Assembly (NCBI GenBank): GCA_042567505.1
Contig: JBHPJW010000008.1
Location: forward strand, 1,515-65,514
Length of the DNA: 64,000 nt
Source: Fibrobacterota bacterium
Lineage (GTDB): Bacteria > Fibrobacterota > Fibrobacteria > UBA11236 > JADFYW01
Reading direction: 5' to 3'
The notes under the pieces are model-generated. The model was not told the origin of the DNA. It searched no databases and saw nothing but the letters and a program-made list of their open reading frames with translations. A program made the position numbers and the translations under genes. Positions within the stretch are counted from its first letter, which is position 1. Each line of letters starts with the position of its first letter. Shown in pieces: positions 50,131-59,450 of this stretch.

Positions 50131-50997
50131 ATGTCTAAAGCATACAATTGCGACTTATGCGGATCAAAGGATGCCGTCGAGGTGCCTTATGCCCGGTTAT
50201 ATACCAATGATCAGCCTGTTCATATATGCAAATCCTGCGGATTTGTGTATGTGAGAGAAAGAAGGACGCCTCAGGAAATCGCGAAGACCTGGTCTGAGGA
50301 ATTGTTCGGAGGGGCGTATACGGCAAAGATTCCGGCCGTCAAGGCCCGGCAGATGTATGTGGCTGACTTTATTGACGCCAAAATAGGCCTGCAGGGGAAA
50401 AAGCTGATAGATATCGGTGGAGGCGAAGGACAGTTTTCTCTCATGGCGCGGGACCTGTACCAGGCGGATATTTTCGCGATTGAGCCGTCGAAGCAAAACT
50501 GCGAATCCATGAGCAACATGGGGATTGCCTGCTATGAGGGTACCATTGAAGAATATCTGGAACAGAAAGATAAGCAACAGGCCGACATTGTCACTATCAT
50601 GTGGACCCTGGAAAATTGCGCCTTTTGCAGGGACATGATAAACGGCGCCCGGGACCTTCTGGCTGATGATGGATATATCGTCGTCGCCACAGGCAGCAGG
50701 ATTCTCGTTCCTTTTAAAAAGCCCCTTTATGATTATTTGTCAACGAACCCGGCTGATACACACGCGTTCAGGTTCAGCGCAAACACCCTGCGGGGCATAC
50801 TGGCGGTCAGCGGCTTTCGGCCCGAGCATATCAACCGGTTCCTTGACACTGATTACTTATGCGTGATTGCCGGGAAGTCGCCGAAAAACAGTTCCCTCTC
50901 CTGGGCGAAGGACGACTACTTGATGGTGCACGACTTTTTTGAACGATGGCACAGGGAAACCATCCACTACAGGACGCAATCATCGTATGAACACTAA
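50131..50997 (+). CDS. Class I SAM-dependent methyltransferase with N-terminal Cys4 ribbon
   Basis: 288-aa ORF with CDLCGS...CKSCGF followed by motif I LIDIGGGEGQF. Confidence 0.75.
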   Translation: MSKAYNCDLCGSKDAVEVPYARLYTNDQPVHICKSCGFVYVRERRTPQEIAKTWSEELFGGAYTAKIPAVKARQMYVADFIDAKIGLQGKKLIDIGGGEGQFSLMARDLYQADIFAIEPSKQNCESMSNMGIACYEGTIEEYLEQKDKQQADIVTIMWTLENCAFCRDMINGARDLLADDGYIVVATGSRILVPFKKPLYDYLSTNPADTHAFRFSANTLRGILAVSGFRPEHINRFLDTDYLCVIAGKSPKNSSLSWAKDDYLMVHDFFERWHRETIHYRTQSSYEH

Positions 50998-51910
50998 ATT
51001 CATCCATATCGGATGCCATAAATGCGGAAGCACGTTCATTCAGGGCGAGGTGTTGCCGAAATTAAAACACATCACTCCTGTTTCTTTTATGGAAGGCCAT
51101 CCCGTTGCCGAAGACATGGATTATCTTGTTCAGTGCGGTGAGCTCTATTATGATACTCACAAAGCGGAGGACGGCATACAGGCAAAGTTAAAAGCATCCT
51201 CAAATATATGCCTTTCTTCCGAAGCATTGAGCGGAACAGGCGTGGGGGTGTTGGGCGCAGGCCACCAAATACCCCATATCGCCTCCCGCTTGAGGCGGGT
51301 TTTCGGTGAGGTACCCGTTTTAATTTTGATCAGGAACCAGAAGTCCGCCATTGAGTCCCTCTATAAAGACGATGTCAAGTACGGATTCTTAATGGATTAT
51401 GAAGGGTGGTTTACTTCCCGGACAAATTCCCAGCAATTGAATTATTTTAAATATTCACCTTTAATTGAATGCTATCAAAAGTGTTTCGGAGAACAGAATG
51501 TCAAGGTCTTCCTGTTTGAGGAATTGTTCTCCCGGAAGACCATAGAAACCATTTTACAGGATTTTGATATTGAACATGAGGGCATGGACGATATTGATTT
51601 TAACAGAAAGTTTAATGACGCCTATTCATCCCCCAGCCTTATCGTCGCCAGATGGGTGAACAGGCTGTTCGGTTCGAAATTAACCTACGGAGTGGGCATC
51701 GGCCGGGATCCCGGGTTGAGAGCCTATAATTTCTGGCGGTATTCGCTTTCCAGAAAGGTTGACACAATGGCAGAGAAATGGAACGTTCCAAAACCAAAGT
51801 ACGACTTTAAAGGGTATGGTAAGCTGTTACGTGGACTATTCCAGGAAGACAATAAACGAACTGAAAAACTTACCGGAAAACAACTGAAAGCACATGGGTA
51901 TATCGTATGA
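50987..51910 (+). CDS. Sulfotransferase-like protein (tentative)
   Basis: The start is placed at MNTKFIHIGCHKCGSTFIQ, which resembles a 5'-PSB loop. LILIRNQKSAIESLY resembles a 3'-PB motif. It overlaps the upstream gene by 11 nt and is ATGA-coupled to the downstream gene. Confidence 0.4.
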   Translation: MNTKFIHIGCHKCGSTFIQGEVLPKLKHITPVSFMEGHPVAEDMDYLVQCGELYYDTHKAEDGIQAKLKASSNICLSSEALSGTGVGVLGAGHQIPHIASRLRRVFGEVPVLILIRNQKSAIESLYKDDVKYGFLMDYEGWFTSRTNSQQLNYFKYSPLIECYQKCFGEQNVKVFLFEELFSRKTIETILQDFDIEHEGMDDIDFNRKFNDAYSSPSLIVARWVNRLFGSKLTYGVGIGRDPGLRAYNFWRYSLSRKVDTMAEKWNVPKPKYDFKGYGKLLRGLFQEDNKRTEKLTGKQLKAHGYIV

Positions 51911-54900
51911 GTACAAATAAGAATATAGTGGTTTTCGCCCCTTACGGGACCTGGCTGGTGCACCATCAGGTGGACGCCATGATCGGCACGGCCTTGCGCC
52001 TGAGGGGATGCAACGTGCAGGTTATCGGTTGTGACGGCGTGTTCAAGGATTGCCTGCAGGCGGGAGTTCCCTTTGATGAGCAGGCCTGCCAGAACTGCAC
52101 GAAATCCGGAGAGAACTGGTTTTCTCAATTCCAGCTCAACATGACCTATCTGAGCCAGCTGCTGGAGTCTTCTGATACTGCAGATGCCGATGAATGGTCA
52201 TCGGCATTGCAGCCTGAAGAATTCGCCGATGCTGTTTTTGAGGGCAATAACCTGGGCTTATGGTCCCATGCAGGAATATGTTCAAAATTTTTTGTGAATA
52301 AGATGGATTTATCAGATCCCTCTCTTGTGGAGGCGCATCGAAACCTTCTGCGCAACAGCGCCTTATTGCAGCGTGCCATAAACAGATATTTTGACATGTT
52401 CCCTGTGGATCACGCCCTCTGTTATGGAGCGACGCTCCCTTATTATTACATCTTTCTCGAATTAGCGCGAAAGAGAAACATCCCCGTGGTAGTCCACGAA
52501 AGGGGCGGGCTCGACGGCAGCTTCTGGTTCTGTGAGAACGAAAATTGCGGAAGGATGGCAGGTAGAAAACCTTCCCTGGAAGAATGGAAAAAGATACCCC
52601 TGACCCGGGAACAATGCCTGGCTGTGAAACAATACAGCCAGGGAAGGGAACTGGGAAAAGGACTGAACAGGAGCTCGTTCTATTCGGCCCAGCCGGCCGA
52701 AGGCGACGTCCGCAGGATACTGCGCATTCCCCATGACGCCGGCATTATCGCTGTTTTCACCAACAGCGATTGGGAACTGGGCATGGGGAGGGCCTTTGTG
52801 GAACGGAGGTTCAGGCTGGCCATAGAGGCCATTCAACAAGCACTGAAAGCCCTGGAATCGCTGAAGTCCATTCACAATCCCTATATGGTTTTCCGCTTCC
52901 ACCCCAACATGGTGGGAGACGGCTATACGGATTTTCAATTTCTCCAGAATGTTATTGATAACAGCCATGCCATCCCGGATAATGTCCGGCTGGTAACTCC
53001 CAGAGAGCGATTGACTTCTTATCAGCTTATCTGGCATGCCGACGCAGCGCTCACTTTTGGCAGTACGACGGGACTGGAATCTATCATAAGGGGCTTGGGG
53101 GTGGCAAGCAGCGTGGACAGCCTGCATTCACTTATGGAAACAGGAGTAGACCGCATTTCCTCTGCCGATGATTATGTACGGGCCATAGAAGACGCCCTTG
53201 CCAGAACAAAAGACTATTCGATAGAGAACCTTCGGATGGCTTACCGGGGCTTTCATTATTACTTCTTTACTTTGAGTTATGAGTTTACGTCATTCGGAAT
53301 AAAGGACCATTATACGCCTGATATACGGCTGAAGGACATCAGCGAAATGCAGGAAGGCGCTGATCCGGCGCTGGACCTTATTTGTAACCATATTCTACGC
53401 GGAACTTCTCTTTTTCCTCTTCCGGGGGAAGAGGAGAAGAACCGACCTGACGGGGAAGAGCGCGCTTTCCTTGAAGAGGAATTAAGCGCTATCAAGGAAC
53501 ATCGCGCATCAGTCCGGCAACGCTCCAGAGATGCAGAAACGACTTTTCAGGAACCATGTGTCACGGTGATTCAGATCCATATCTCTAATGAAAAAAAGCC
53601 CTCTTCACCGTTTGCGCTCAGTTTGAAAACATCAAGGCACAAAGCATATAAGGTGATTGATGTGTACCTGACCGATATCTGTTCCTGGGTGCTTTCCCTC
53701 ACGCACCTCATGCCCCATCTCTCTGAATTTGTCTATATCGGGGCGGCAAATATGAAGTTAGACGAAAGCCTTTTTTCCAGCGGAATCGATCATTTGCAGG
53801 AGCATGAGCACCTTGACGGGGTGATGTGCGGGGGATGGCTATGCGGTGCTGACGGCATCTTGAAAAAACCTGTATTTGAGGTGTTTACCCAGAGACAAAA
53901 TCCTGACAATGCGGGCCTGGCCCAATTGATGATGCCCCTTCTGAAGTTCCCCCATTTCCTTCTTCCGTTCGTGGTCTGGCGAAAAAGCGGTTTGAAGGCG
54001 CTGGTGGATGTACTGTTGGACACCGAGCAGGTTTCCTCCGAAGGGCTTTTTCAGGAAATTCTGGGAGGGAACCATTTGAATATACAGAAGACCCTTATCC
54101 CGATGATCACGGTGTATGACGATATTCCTCCGGTTAAGAAGCGGACGTTCCTGCAGCCAATCCAGCCTGAGTCGAACAGGGATGAAATGACAGCCAGAGG
54201 AATTCAGCTCTATAAATCCCACAACTGGATTGAGGCCGAACAAGTGTTCCTGGCGGTCTCACTTGATTATCCGGAAGATCTCGAAATTCAGCTGTGGCTG
54301 GGCAGGCTTTATTGCGATATGGGAAAATATGCTCAATCGTTGCATCACCTCGAGGTAGCGGTAAAGGATCAGCAAAATAATTATAAGGGATTGATAACCA
54401 TCTCGCTGGTGGCAAAAAAACAACGGGAGCAGAAACTCTATAATTCTACCCGTCAGCTCCTTCATAAGCTCAATCCATCCTCCCCGGAGATCATTGAGAT
54501 GGAAATGAATCCAAATCCCACCGCGTTGTCATTAGCCGAACCTCAAACTCAACCATCCCAAAAGAAACCTATCCGTATGGTTTTCATTCAACCTGCCGAG
54601 CCATTTGGCGCTATGTCAGATTTTCCGCTTTCCATTATCGGGCTGGCGTCTATCCTTATAGAAAGCGGGATAGCGGTTGAAATACTTGATGCCCGGCTTG
54701 ATAATTTGAGCATCTCACAGACCCTTGAGCGTTTGGAAGCGGATCTGCCGGATGTCATAGGCATCACGGGTTTGGTGAATTCCTACCGCTATATCAAGGA
54801 TTTATGTTTTGAACTCAAACGAAGGCATCCTGACCTGCCCCTTCTGGCAGGCGGCGTGTTTATCATGTCTCAATCCGGGACGATTCTGCCACGGGTGCCG

Positions 54901-56517
54901 ATTGATGTCGCCTGCATTGGTGAGGGTGAAGAGATTATAGTTGAACTGGTTCAGAGAGTGGTCAACAGGGAGCCTCTGGAAGGAATAAACAACATCGCCT
55001 ACCTGGAGAATGGGGAATTGAAGACGGCGCCAATTAAAATTGTGGAGAATTTCGACAAATTTCCCTTGCCGGCGTATGAATTACTGCAAATGGAAAGGTA
55101 TTTAGGCGGACCCGAGACTTCACGTCATTTGCATCAAGATTTTTTCTTTCCCATAAACACCGGACGCGGTTGTGTTTATCACTGTTATTATTGCGGGCGA
55201 TTCAGCCATAAAGTAAGACGGGTTTCCCCTGAACGCCTGATTGAACACATGGATATGATACATGCCAAATATGGAATAGGCAGCTTTCTGTTCAGCGAAG
55301 ACAGCGCTCTGCATCCAAAAGAATGGATGGAAAGATTCTGCCATCTCATCATCGAACAGAAAAAAGGATACCGGTTTTTTTGCGTGGGCAGCCCTGATCA
55401 ATTAGACCGGAAAATGATCGAGTTACTCATCAAATCCGGCTGCATACAGACCAACGTGGCAGTGGAGCATTGGAATCCCGAGATTCAAAAAGCCTTTCTG
55501 CGGGTGAAGCAAAGCAAGGATGTTGTGAAGTGTTTGAGTCTTTTTAAGGAATTGAACTTGTATAATGACGGATTCAACATATTATGGGGACATCCGAAAG
55601 ACACGGCCAAATCATTTCAGGAGAGTTTTAAGAAATCAATCAGCATTGTTAACAAATTCGGTATCCCAAACGCCTGGGTGGTAGCTCTGGTCATTTACCC
55701 GAACTCCAAATTGATGAATGATGCCCTGAAATTCAAAAAAATCATTGATTATGAAGATTACATGTACAAATGCGGCGGTTATGGGCCGTATGTGAATTTA
55801 ACGCAGGAGGATGATGACGTTTATCGGGGAGTTATTGCGGAGCTTCGGTTCCTAGCCGGTATCGAGGAGTTGTTTGAAAAATTAAAATTCCTGACTCTGA
55901 ACGGGACACAACCGGATGTGCTGGACCAAATCCGCCTGAATCTGGAAAACCAGGTCAACATACTTGTCCAATTGAGACGGGTACTGTCGCTTCCGCCTGA
56001 GGCAAGAGAGCAATACCGGAAGTTTTTGGATCCGGTTTTAAATGCTGAAATGTATGATCCCGAAAAGAACTACTACAGGGAAATCGCCTGTTTTAGAGAA
56101 TTATTGGAATTGCCGCCTGATACGAAAGTAGCTGTGTATGCTCCCAACGCCTTCCCCGGTGATAATCTTGGCAGGCTGTTCAACAGTATCCGGGAATCGG
56201 GAGTGAAGATGACAGCCTTTATTGATGATACTCCCGCCTTTACCAGATTTGAAGGATATGAAGTCATTACTATTCAAGAATGCTCAGGGCATCAGGCGGA
56301 TGTTGTGGTGATCTCGGGCAGTTTGCCGGACAGCAATGGCATTAAGGACAGGCTCTTGGCTCTTGGCGCAAAACAAGTCGTCACAATAAGCCCGGAAAGC
56401 CTTGCCATTAAGCCATGGGCCTCCCCTGGAATGGTGACAGGGTATTACAACAAAAAATTCTGGCGGGTTGCTTTTAAACAAAATACCTTGGAATATATAA
56501 GGATAAACATGGAATAG
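51907..56517 (+). CDS. 1,536-aa multidomain fusion: transferase-like N-region + GT-A-like remnant + TPR + cobalamin-binding radical SAM + Rossmann-like C-terminus
   Basis: The ORF is uninterrupted. The radical-SAM motif CVYHCYYC lies at nt 55171-55194. It is preceded (from nt ~54571) by a flavodoxin/B12-binding-like segment (IRMVFIQP...VIGITGL...). TPR-like helices span ~54184-54486. The N-terminal ~470 aa contain FRFHPN. The C-terminal ~100 aa (from nt 56119) look like a PglD-N/NeuD-type Rossmann module (KVAVYAPN...FIDD...VVVISG). Confidence 0.8.
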   Translation: MSTNKNIVVFAPYGTWLVHHQVDAMIGTALRLRGCNVQVIGCDGVFKDCLQAGVPFDEQACQNCTKSGENWFSQFQLNMTYLSQLLESSDTADADEWSSALQPEEFADAVFEGNNLGLWSHAGICSKFFVNKMDLSDPSLVEAHRNLLRNSALLQRAINRYFDMFPVDHALCYGATLPYYYIFLELARKRNIPVVVHERGGLDGSFWFCENENCGRMAGRKPSLEEWKKIPLTREQCLAVKQYSQGRELGKGLNRSSFYSAQPAEGDVRRILRIPHDAGIIAVFTNSDWELGMGRAFVERRFRLAIEAIQQALKALESLKSIHNPYMVFRFHPNMVGDGYTDFQFLQNVIDNSHAIPDNVRLVTPRERLTSYQLIWHADAALTFGSTTGLESIIRGLGVASSVDSLHSLMETGVDRISSADDYVRAIEDALARTKDYSIENLRMAYRGFHYYFFTLSYEFTSFGIKDHYTPDIRLKDISEMQEGADPALDLICNHILRGTSLFPLPGEEEKNRPDGEERAFLEEELSAIKEHRASVRQRSRDAETTFQEPCVTVIQIHISNEKKPSSPFALSLKTSRHKAYKVIDVYLTDICSWVLSLTHLMPHLSEFVYIGAANMKLDESLFSSGIDHLQEHEHLDGVMCGGWLCGADGILKKPVFEVFTQRQNPDNAGLAQLMMPLLKFPHFLLPFVVWRKSGLKALVDVLLDTEQVSSEGLFQEILGGNHLNIQKTLIPMITVYDDIPPVKKRTFLQPIQPESNRDEMTARGIQLYKSHNWIEAEQVFLAVSLDYPEDLEIQLWLGRLYCDMGKYAQSLHHLEVAVKDQQNNYKGLITISLVAKKQREQKLYNSTRQLLHKLNPSSPEIIEMEMNPNPTALSLAEPQTQPSQKKPIRMVFIQPAEPFGAMSDFPLSIIGLASILIESGIAVEILDARLDNLSISQTLERLEADLPDVIGITGLVNSYRYIKDLCFELKRRHPDLPLLAGGVFIMSQSGTILPRVPIDVACIGEGEEIIVELVQRVVNREPLEGINNIAYLENGELKTAPIKIVENFDKFPLPAYELLQMERYLGGPETSRHLHQDFFFPINTGRGCVYHCYYCGRFSHKVRRVSPERLIEHMDMIHAKYGIGSFLFSEDSALHPKEWMERFCHLIIEQKKGYRFFCVGSPDQLDRKMIELLIKSGCIQTNVAVEHWNPEIQKAFLRVKQSKDVVKCLSLFKELNLYNDGFNILWGHPKDTAKSFQESFKKSISIVNKFGIPNAWVVALVIYPNSKLMNDALKFKKIIDYEDYMYKCGGYGPYVNLTQEDDDVYRGVIAELRFLAGIEELFEKLKFLTLNGTQPDVLDQIRLNLENQVNILVQLRRVLSLPPEAREQYRKFLDPVLNAEMYDPEKNYYREIACFRELLELPPDTKVAVYAPNAFPGDNLGRLFNSIRESGVKMTAFIDDTPAFTRFEGYEVITIQECSGHQADVVVISGSLPDSNGIKDRLLALGAKQVVTISPESLAIKPWASPGMVTGYYNKKFWRVAFKQNTLEYIRINME

Positions 56518-56572
56518 ATTACTTTTTGGGGTAAAAACTAACTTTTTAGGCGAAATCGACCGATATAAGAAC

Positions 56573-57268
56573 ATGAGGAGTGTCGCCATCATTCAGGCCA
56601 GAATGGGTTCAAACCGCCTGCCCGGCAAGGTGCTCAGCCGCCTGAATGGAAAACCCATGCTTACCTACCTTATTGAAAGGGCGCAAAAAAGCCGGTTAAT
56701 AGAAGAGATTGCTGTCGCCACCTCTGAAAAGGCTGAAAATGACGGGATTGCCTCTCTCTGCCGGGAACTAGGCGTAGACTGCTTTCGCGGATCGGAACAT
56801 AACGTGGCAAGCAGATTCTACACCATTCTGAAAGAAAAGAACTCTGCCTGTTTTGTGCGTATCTGTGCGGACAGTCCCTTGCTGGACCCTATTCTCCTGG
56901 ACAGGGCAGTTACCAGGTTAAGAGAGAAAAAATGTGATCTGGCCACTAATATTTTCCCGCGCACGTTTCCAGCCGGGCAGTCGGTTGAAGCGATGCAAAC
57001 ACGGGCGTTCGTCGATGCTTTCAGTGACTTCACCACACCGGATGATTTTGAACATGTAACCCGGTTTTTTTACCGGAATGCTTCCAGATTTGCTATCTCC
57101 AATTTCAAATGCGAAGGGGATTTCAGCCAGGTGAAATTCTGTATTGATACCGCTGCGGATTTCAACAAGATGAAGGCCCTTATGAAAAAAATGGGAAAAG
57201 ACCACCTTAATTATGGGTACAAAGACCTGATTCGGTTTTGGTCCATGGACTCTTTAAAAGCAGCCTGA
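56573..57268 (+). CDS. Acylneuraminate cytidylyltransferase-family protein (SpsF-type)
   Basis: 231-aa ORF. VAIIQARMGSNRLPGKVL...GKPML is the SpsF/COG1861-type N-terminus. Confidence 0.8.
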   Translation: MRSVAIIQARMGSNRLPGKVLSRLNGKPMLTYLIERAQKSRLIEEIAVATSEKAENDGIASLCRELGVDCFRGSEHNVASRFYTILKEKNSACFVRICADSPLLDPILLDRAVTRLREKKCDLATNIFPRTFPAGQSVEAMQTRAFVDAFSDFTTPDDFEHVTRFFYRNASRFAISNFKCEGDFSQVKFCIDTAADFNKMKALMKKMGKDHLNYGYKDLIRFWSMDSLKAA

Positions 57269-57276
57269 TTTTGAGG

Positions 57277-58275
57277 ATGTTGAATGTCGGTATTATCGGA
57301 TTGGGTGTTGGTAATCAACATATCGCGGGGTATGAATCCCACCCGGCCTGCCGGATAACCCGTTTATGTGATTTCTCCCCGGAAAAGAAAACCTATGCGA
57401 TCGAAAATTATCCCCAGTATGCTTTTACCGATGATGCGAATGAAGTCTTGACCGACCCGGATATTCAGGTGGTTTCCATAGCCAGTTACGACAATTACCA
57501 TGCCGGGCAGGTACGGCTGGCCCTCAGGCATGATAAGCATGTATTTATTGAAAAACCTTTGTGTCTGTTTGAAGAAGAAGCCGTTTCCATCCGGGAACTT
57601 CTCAGGCGTAAGGGATCGCTCCGCCTTTCTTCAAACCTGATACTGCGCAAGTGCCCCCGGTTTATCAAACTGAAAGGACTTATAGACAAGGGCGTTCTGG
57701 GCCGTCTATTCAGCGTTGAGGGGGATTATAACTATGGCAGGGTACATAAAATAACAGACGGCTGGCGGGGGCGCATAGATAACTATAACGTGTTTTACGG
57801 CGGAGGCGTACACCTCATCGACCTGCTGCGCTGGCTTACGGGAGACAGGATTGCCGAGGTTTTCGCCTATGGCAACCGAATGGTGACGGAAAAGAGCGCC
57901 TTCAGATATAACGATTTCATTTCCGCTCATCTGCAATTTGAAAGCGGCATGATAGGAAAGGTCAGTTCCAATTACGGCTGCGTCATGCCCCATTTCCACA
58001 TGATAAGCATATACGGCGACAAAGGTACTTTTTTTAATGATTTTGACTGCGGCAAGCTTTATTTTTCCAGGGATCAGGAAGAGCCTTATGAAAAGCTGGA
58101 TGAGGAGTATCCAGGATATCATAAGGGCGATCTCATCCGCAGTTTTATTGATGCTGTTTTGGGAAACGGGAAAGCGGAAATTACGGCCGACGAGGTTTTT
58201 TGCACCATGTCGGTTTGTTTTGCGGTGGAGAAATCCATAGAAGAGGGAAGACCGGTTCAGGTTAACTATTTGTAG
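57277..58275 (+). CDS. Gfo/Idh/MocA-family NAD(P)-dependent sugar oxidoreductase
   Basis: The start is at MLNVGIIGLGVGNQH after GAGG; the ORF track offers 57238. HVFIEKPL is the family motif. Confidence 0.85.
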   Translation: MLNVGIIGLGVGNQHIAGYESHPACRITRLCDFSPEKKTYAIENYPQYAFTDDANEVLTDPDIQVVSIASYDNYHAGQVRLALRHDKHVFIEKPLCLFEEEAVSIRELLRRKGSLRLSSNLILRKCPRFIKLKGLIDKGVLGRLFSVEGDYNYGRVHKITDGWRGRIDNYNVFYGGGVHLIDLLRWLTGDRIAEVFAYGNRMVTEKSAFRYNDFISAHLQFESGMIGKVSSNYGCVMPHFHMISIYGDKGTFFNDFDCGKLYFSRDQEEPYEKLDEEYPGYHKGDLIRSFIDAVLGNGKAEITADEVFCTMSVCFAVEKSIEEGRPVQVNYL

Positions 58276-58285
58276 GGAAGGGGAC

Positions 58286-59440
58286 ATGGCGAACATACCG
58301 TTTGGCAAACCAATCATAGGAGAAGAAGAGCTCCAATCTGTCCGTGAAGTCATGGAAAGCGGAGTGCTGGCCCATGGCCCGAAGATACATGAATTTGAAA
58401 AGGCCTTTGCCGGTTTCACAGGCGCGCCCTATGCTGTGGGCGTTTCTTCCTGTACTGCGGCGCTGCATTTGTTTTATTTTCATGCCGGCATAGGACAGGG
58501 CGATGAAGTTATTGTTCCCGCCCAAACCCATACCGCCACGGCTCACGCGGTTTCCCTGACAGGCGCCACTCCGGTATTTGTGGACGCGGAGGAAGAGACA
58601 GGAAACATTAACATCGGCCATATTGAGCAGGCAATTACCGGAAAAACCAGAGCGATTTCTGTGGTCCATTACCTGGGTATGCCGGTGCAAATGGATAAAG
58701 TGACGGCCATAGCGGAGAAACGGGGCCTGCTGGTGGTGGAAGACTGCGCTCTTTCGATTGGCGCCAGGATTAATGGAGTTCATACAGGCCTCTTTGGCGA
58801 TGCCGGTTGTTTTTCTTTCTATCCCGTGAAGCACATGACGACGGCGGAGGGTGGAGCGCTCATAACCAGAGATCCCGGACTGGCAAAGCAGATTACGAAT
58901 AAACGGGCCTTTGGTATGGATAAACATGTGGGGGTCCGCACGGTTCCCGGTTTGTATGATATCCAGGGACTGGGATTTAATTACCGCATGAATGAAATGC
59001 AGGCCGCTATCGGAGTCCATCAGGTTGCCCGTCTGCCTGGTTTTTTAGCCGCGCGAAAACGCAATTATAAGCTGCTGGCGGAGCGTTTAAGAGACAGCGC
59101 CTGCTCAGACCATTTTCGTTTATTGCAGTCAAGCGGGGACGGATATGAAAGTTCCTATTACTGTTTGACGATTCTCCTTACCGGTAAAGCGGCTGAGAGA
59201 CGTGATGAGATACTTCTCGCATTGAAAAACCAAAACATCGGCACCAGTATTTATTATCCTCATCCAGTGCCGCTCATGAGTTATTACCGGGAGAAGTTCG
59301 GGTTCCGGCCGGAAGACTTTCCTGTGGCCGCCATGCTGAGTAATACGGGAGTGGCGCTCTCTGTCGGCCCTCATATCACCGAAGAAAACATAGATACCAT
59401 GGTAAAAGCATTAGAGGTTGTCATCATCGAATCTTACTAA
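58286..59440 (+). CDS. DegT/DnrJ/EryC1/StrS-family PLP-dependent sugar aminotransferase
   Basis: 384-aa ORF with full-length family similarity (IPFGKPIIGEEE..., SCTAALHL, FSFYPVKHMTTAEGG, YYC). Confidence 0.92.
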   Translation: MANIPFGKPIIGEEELQSVREVMESGVLAHGPKIHEFEKAFAGFTGAPYAVGVSSCTAALHLFYFHAGIGQGDEVIVPAQTHTATAHAVSLTGATPVFVDAEEETGNINIGHIEQAITGKTRAISVVHYLGMPVQMDKVTAIAEKRGLLVVEDCALSIGARINGVHTGLFGDAGCFSFYPVKHMTTAEGGALITRDPGLAKQITNKRAFGMDKHVGVRTVPGLYDIQGLGFNYRMNEMQAAIGVHQVARLPGFLAARKRNYKLLAERLRDSACSDHFRLLQSSGDGYESSYYCLTILLTGKAAERRDEILLALKNQNIGTSIYYPHPVPLMSYYREKFGFRPEDFPVAAMLSNTGVALSVGPHITEENIDTMVKALEVVIIESY

Positions 59441-59450
59441 GGAGGTCCCT

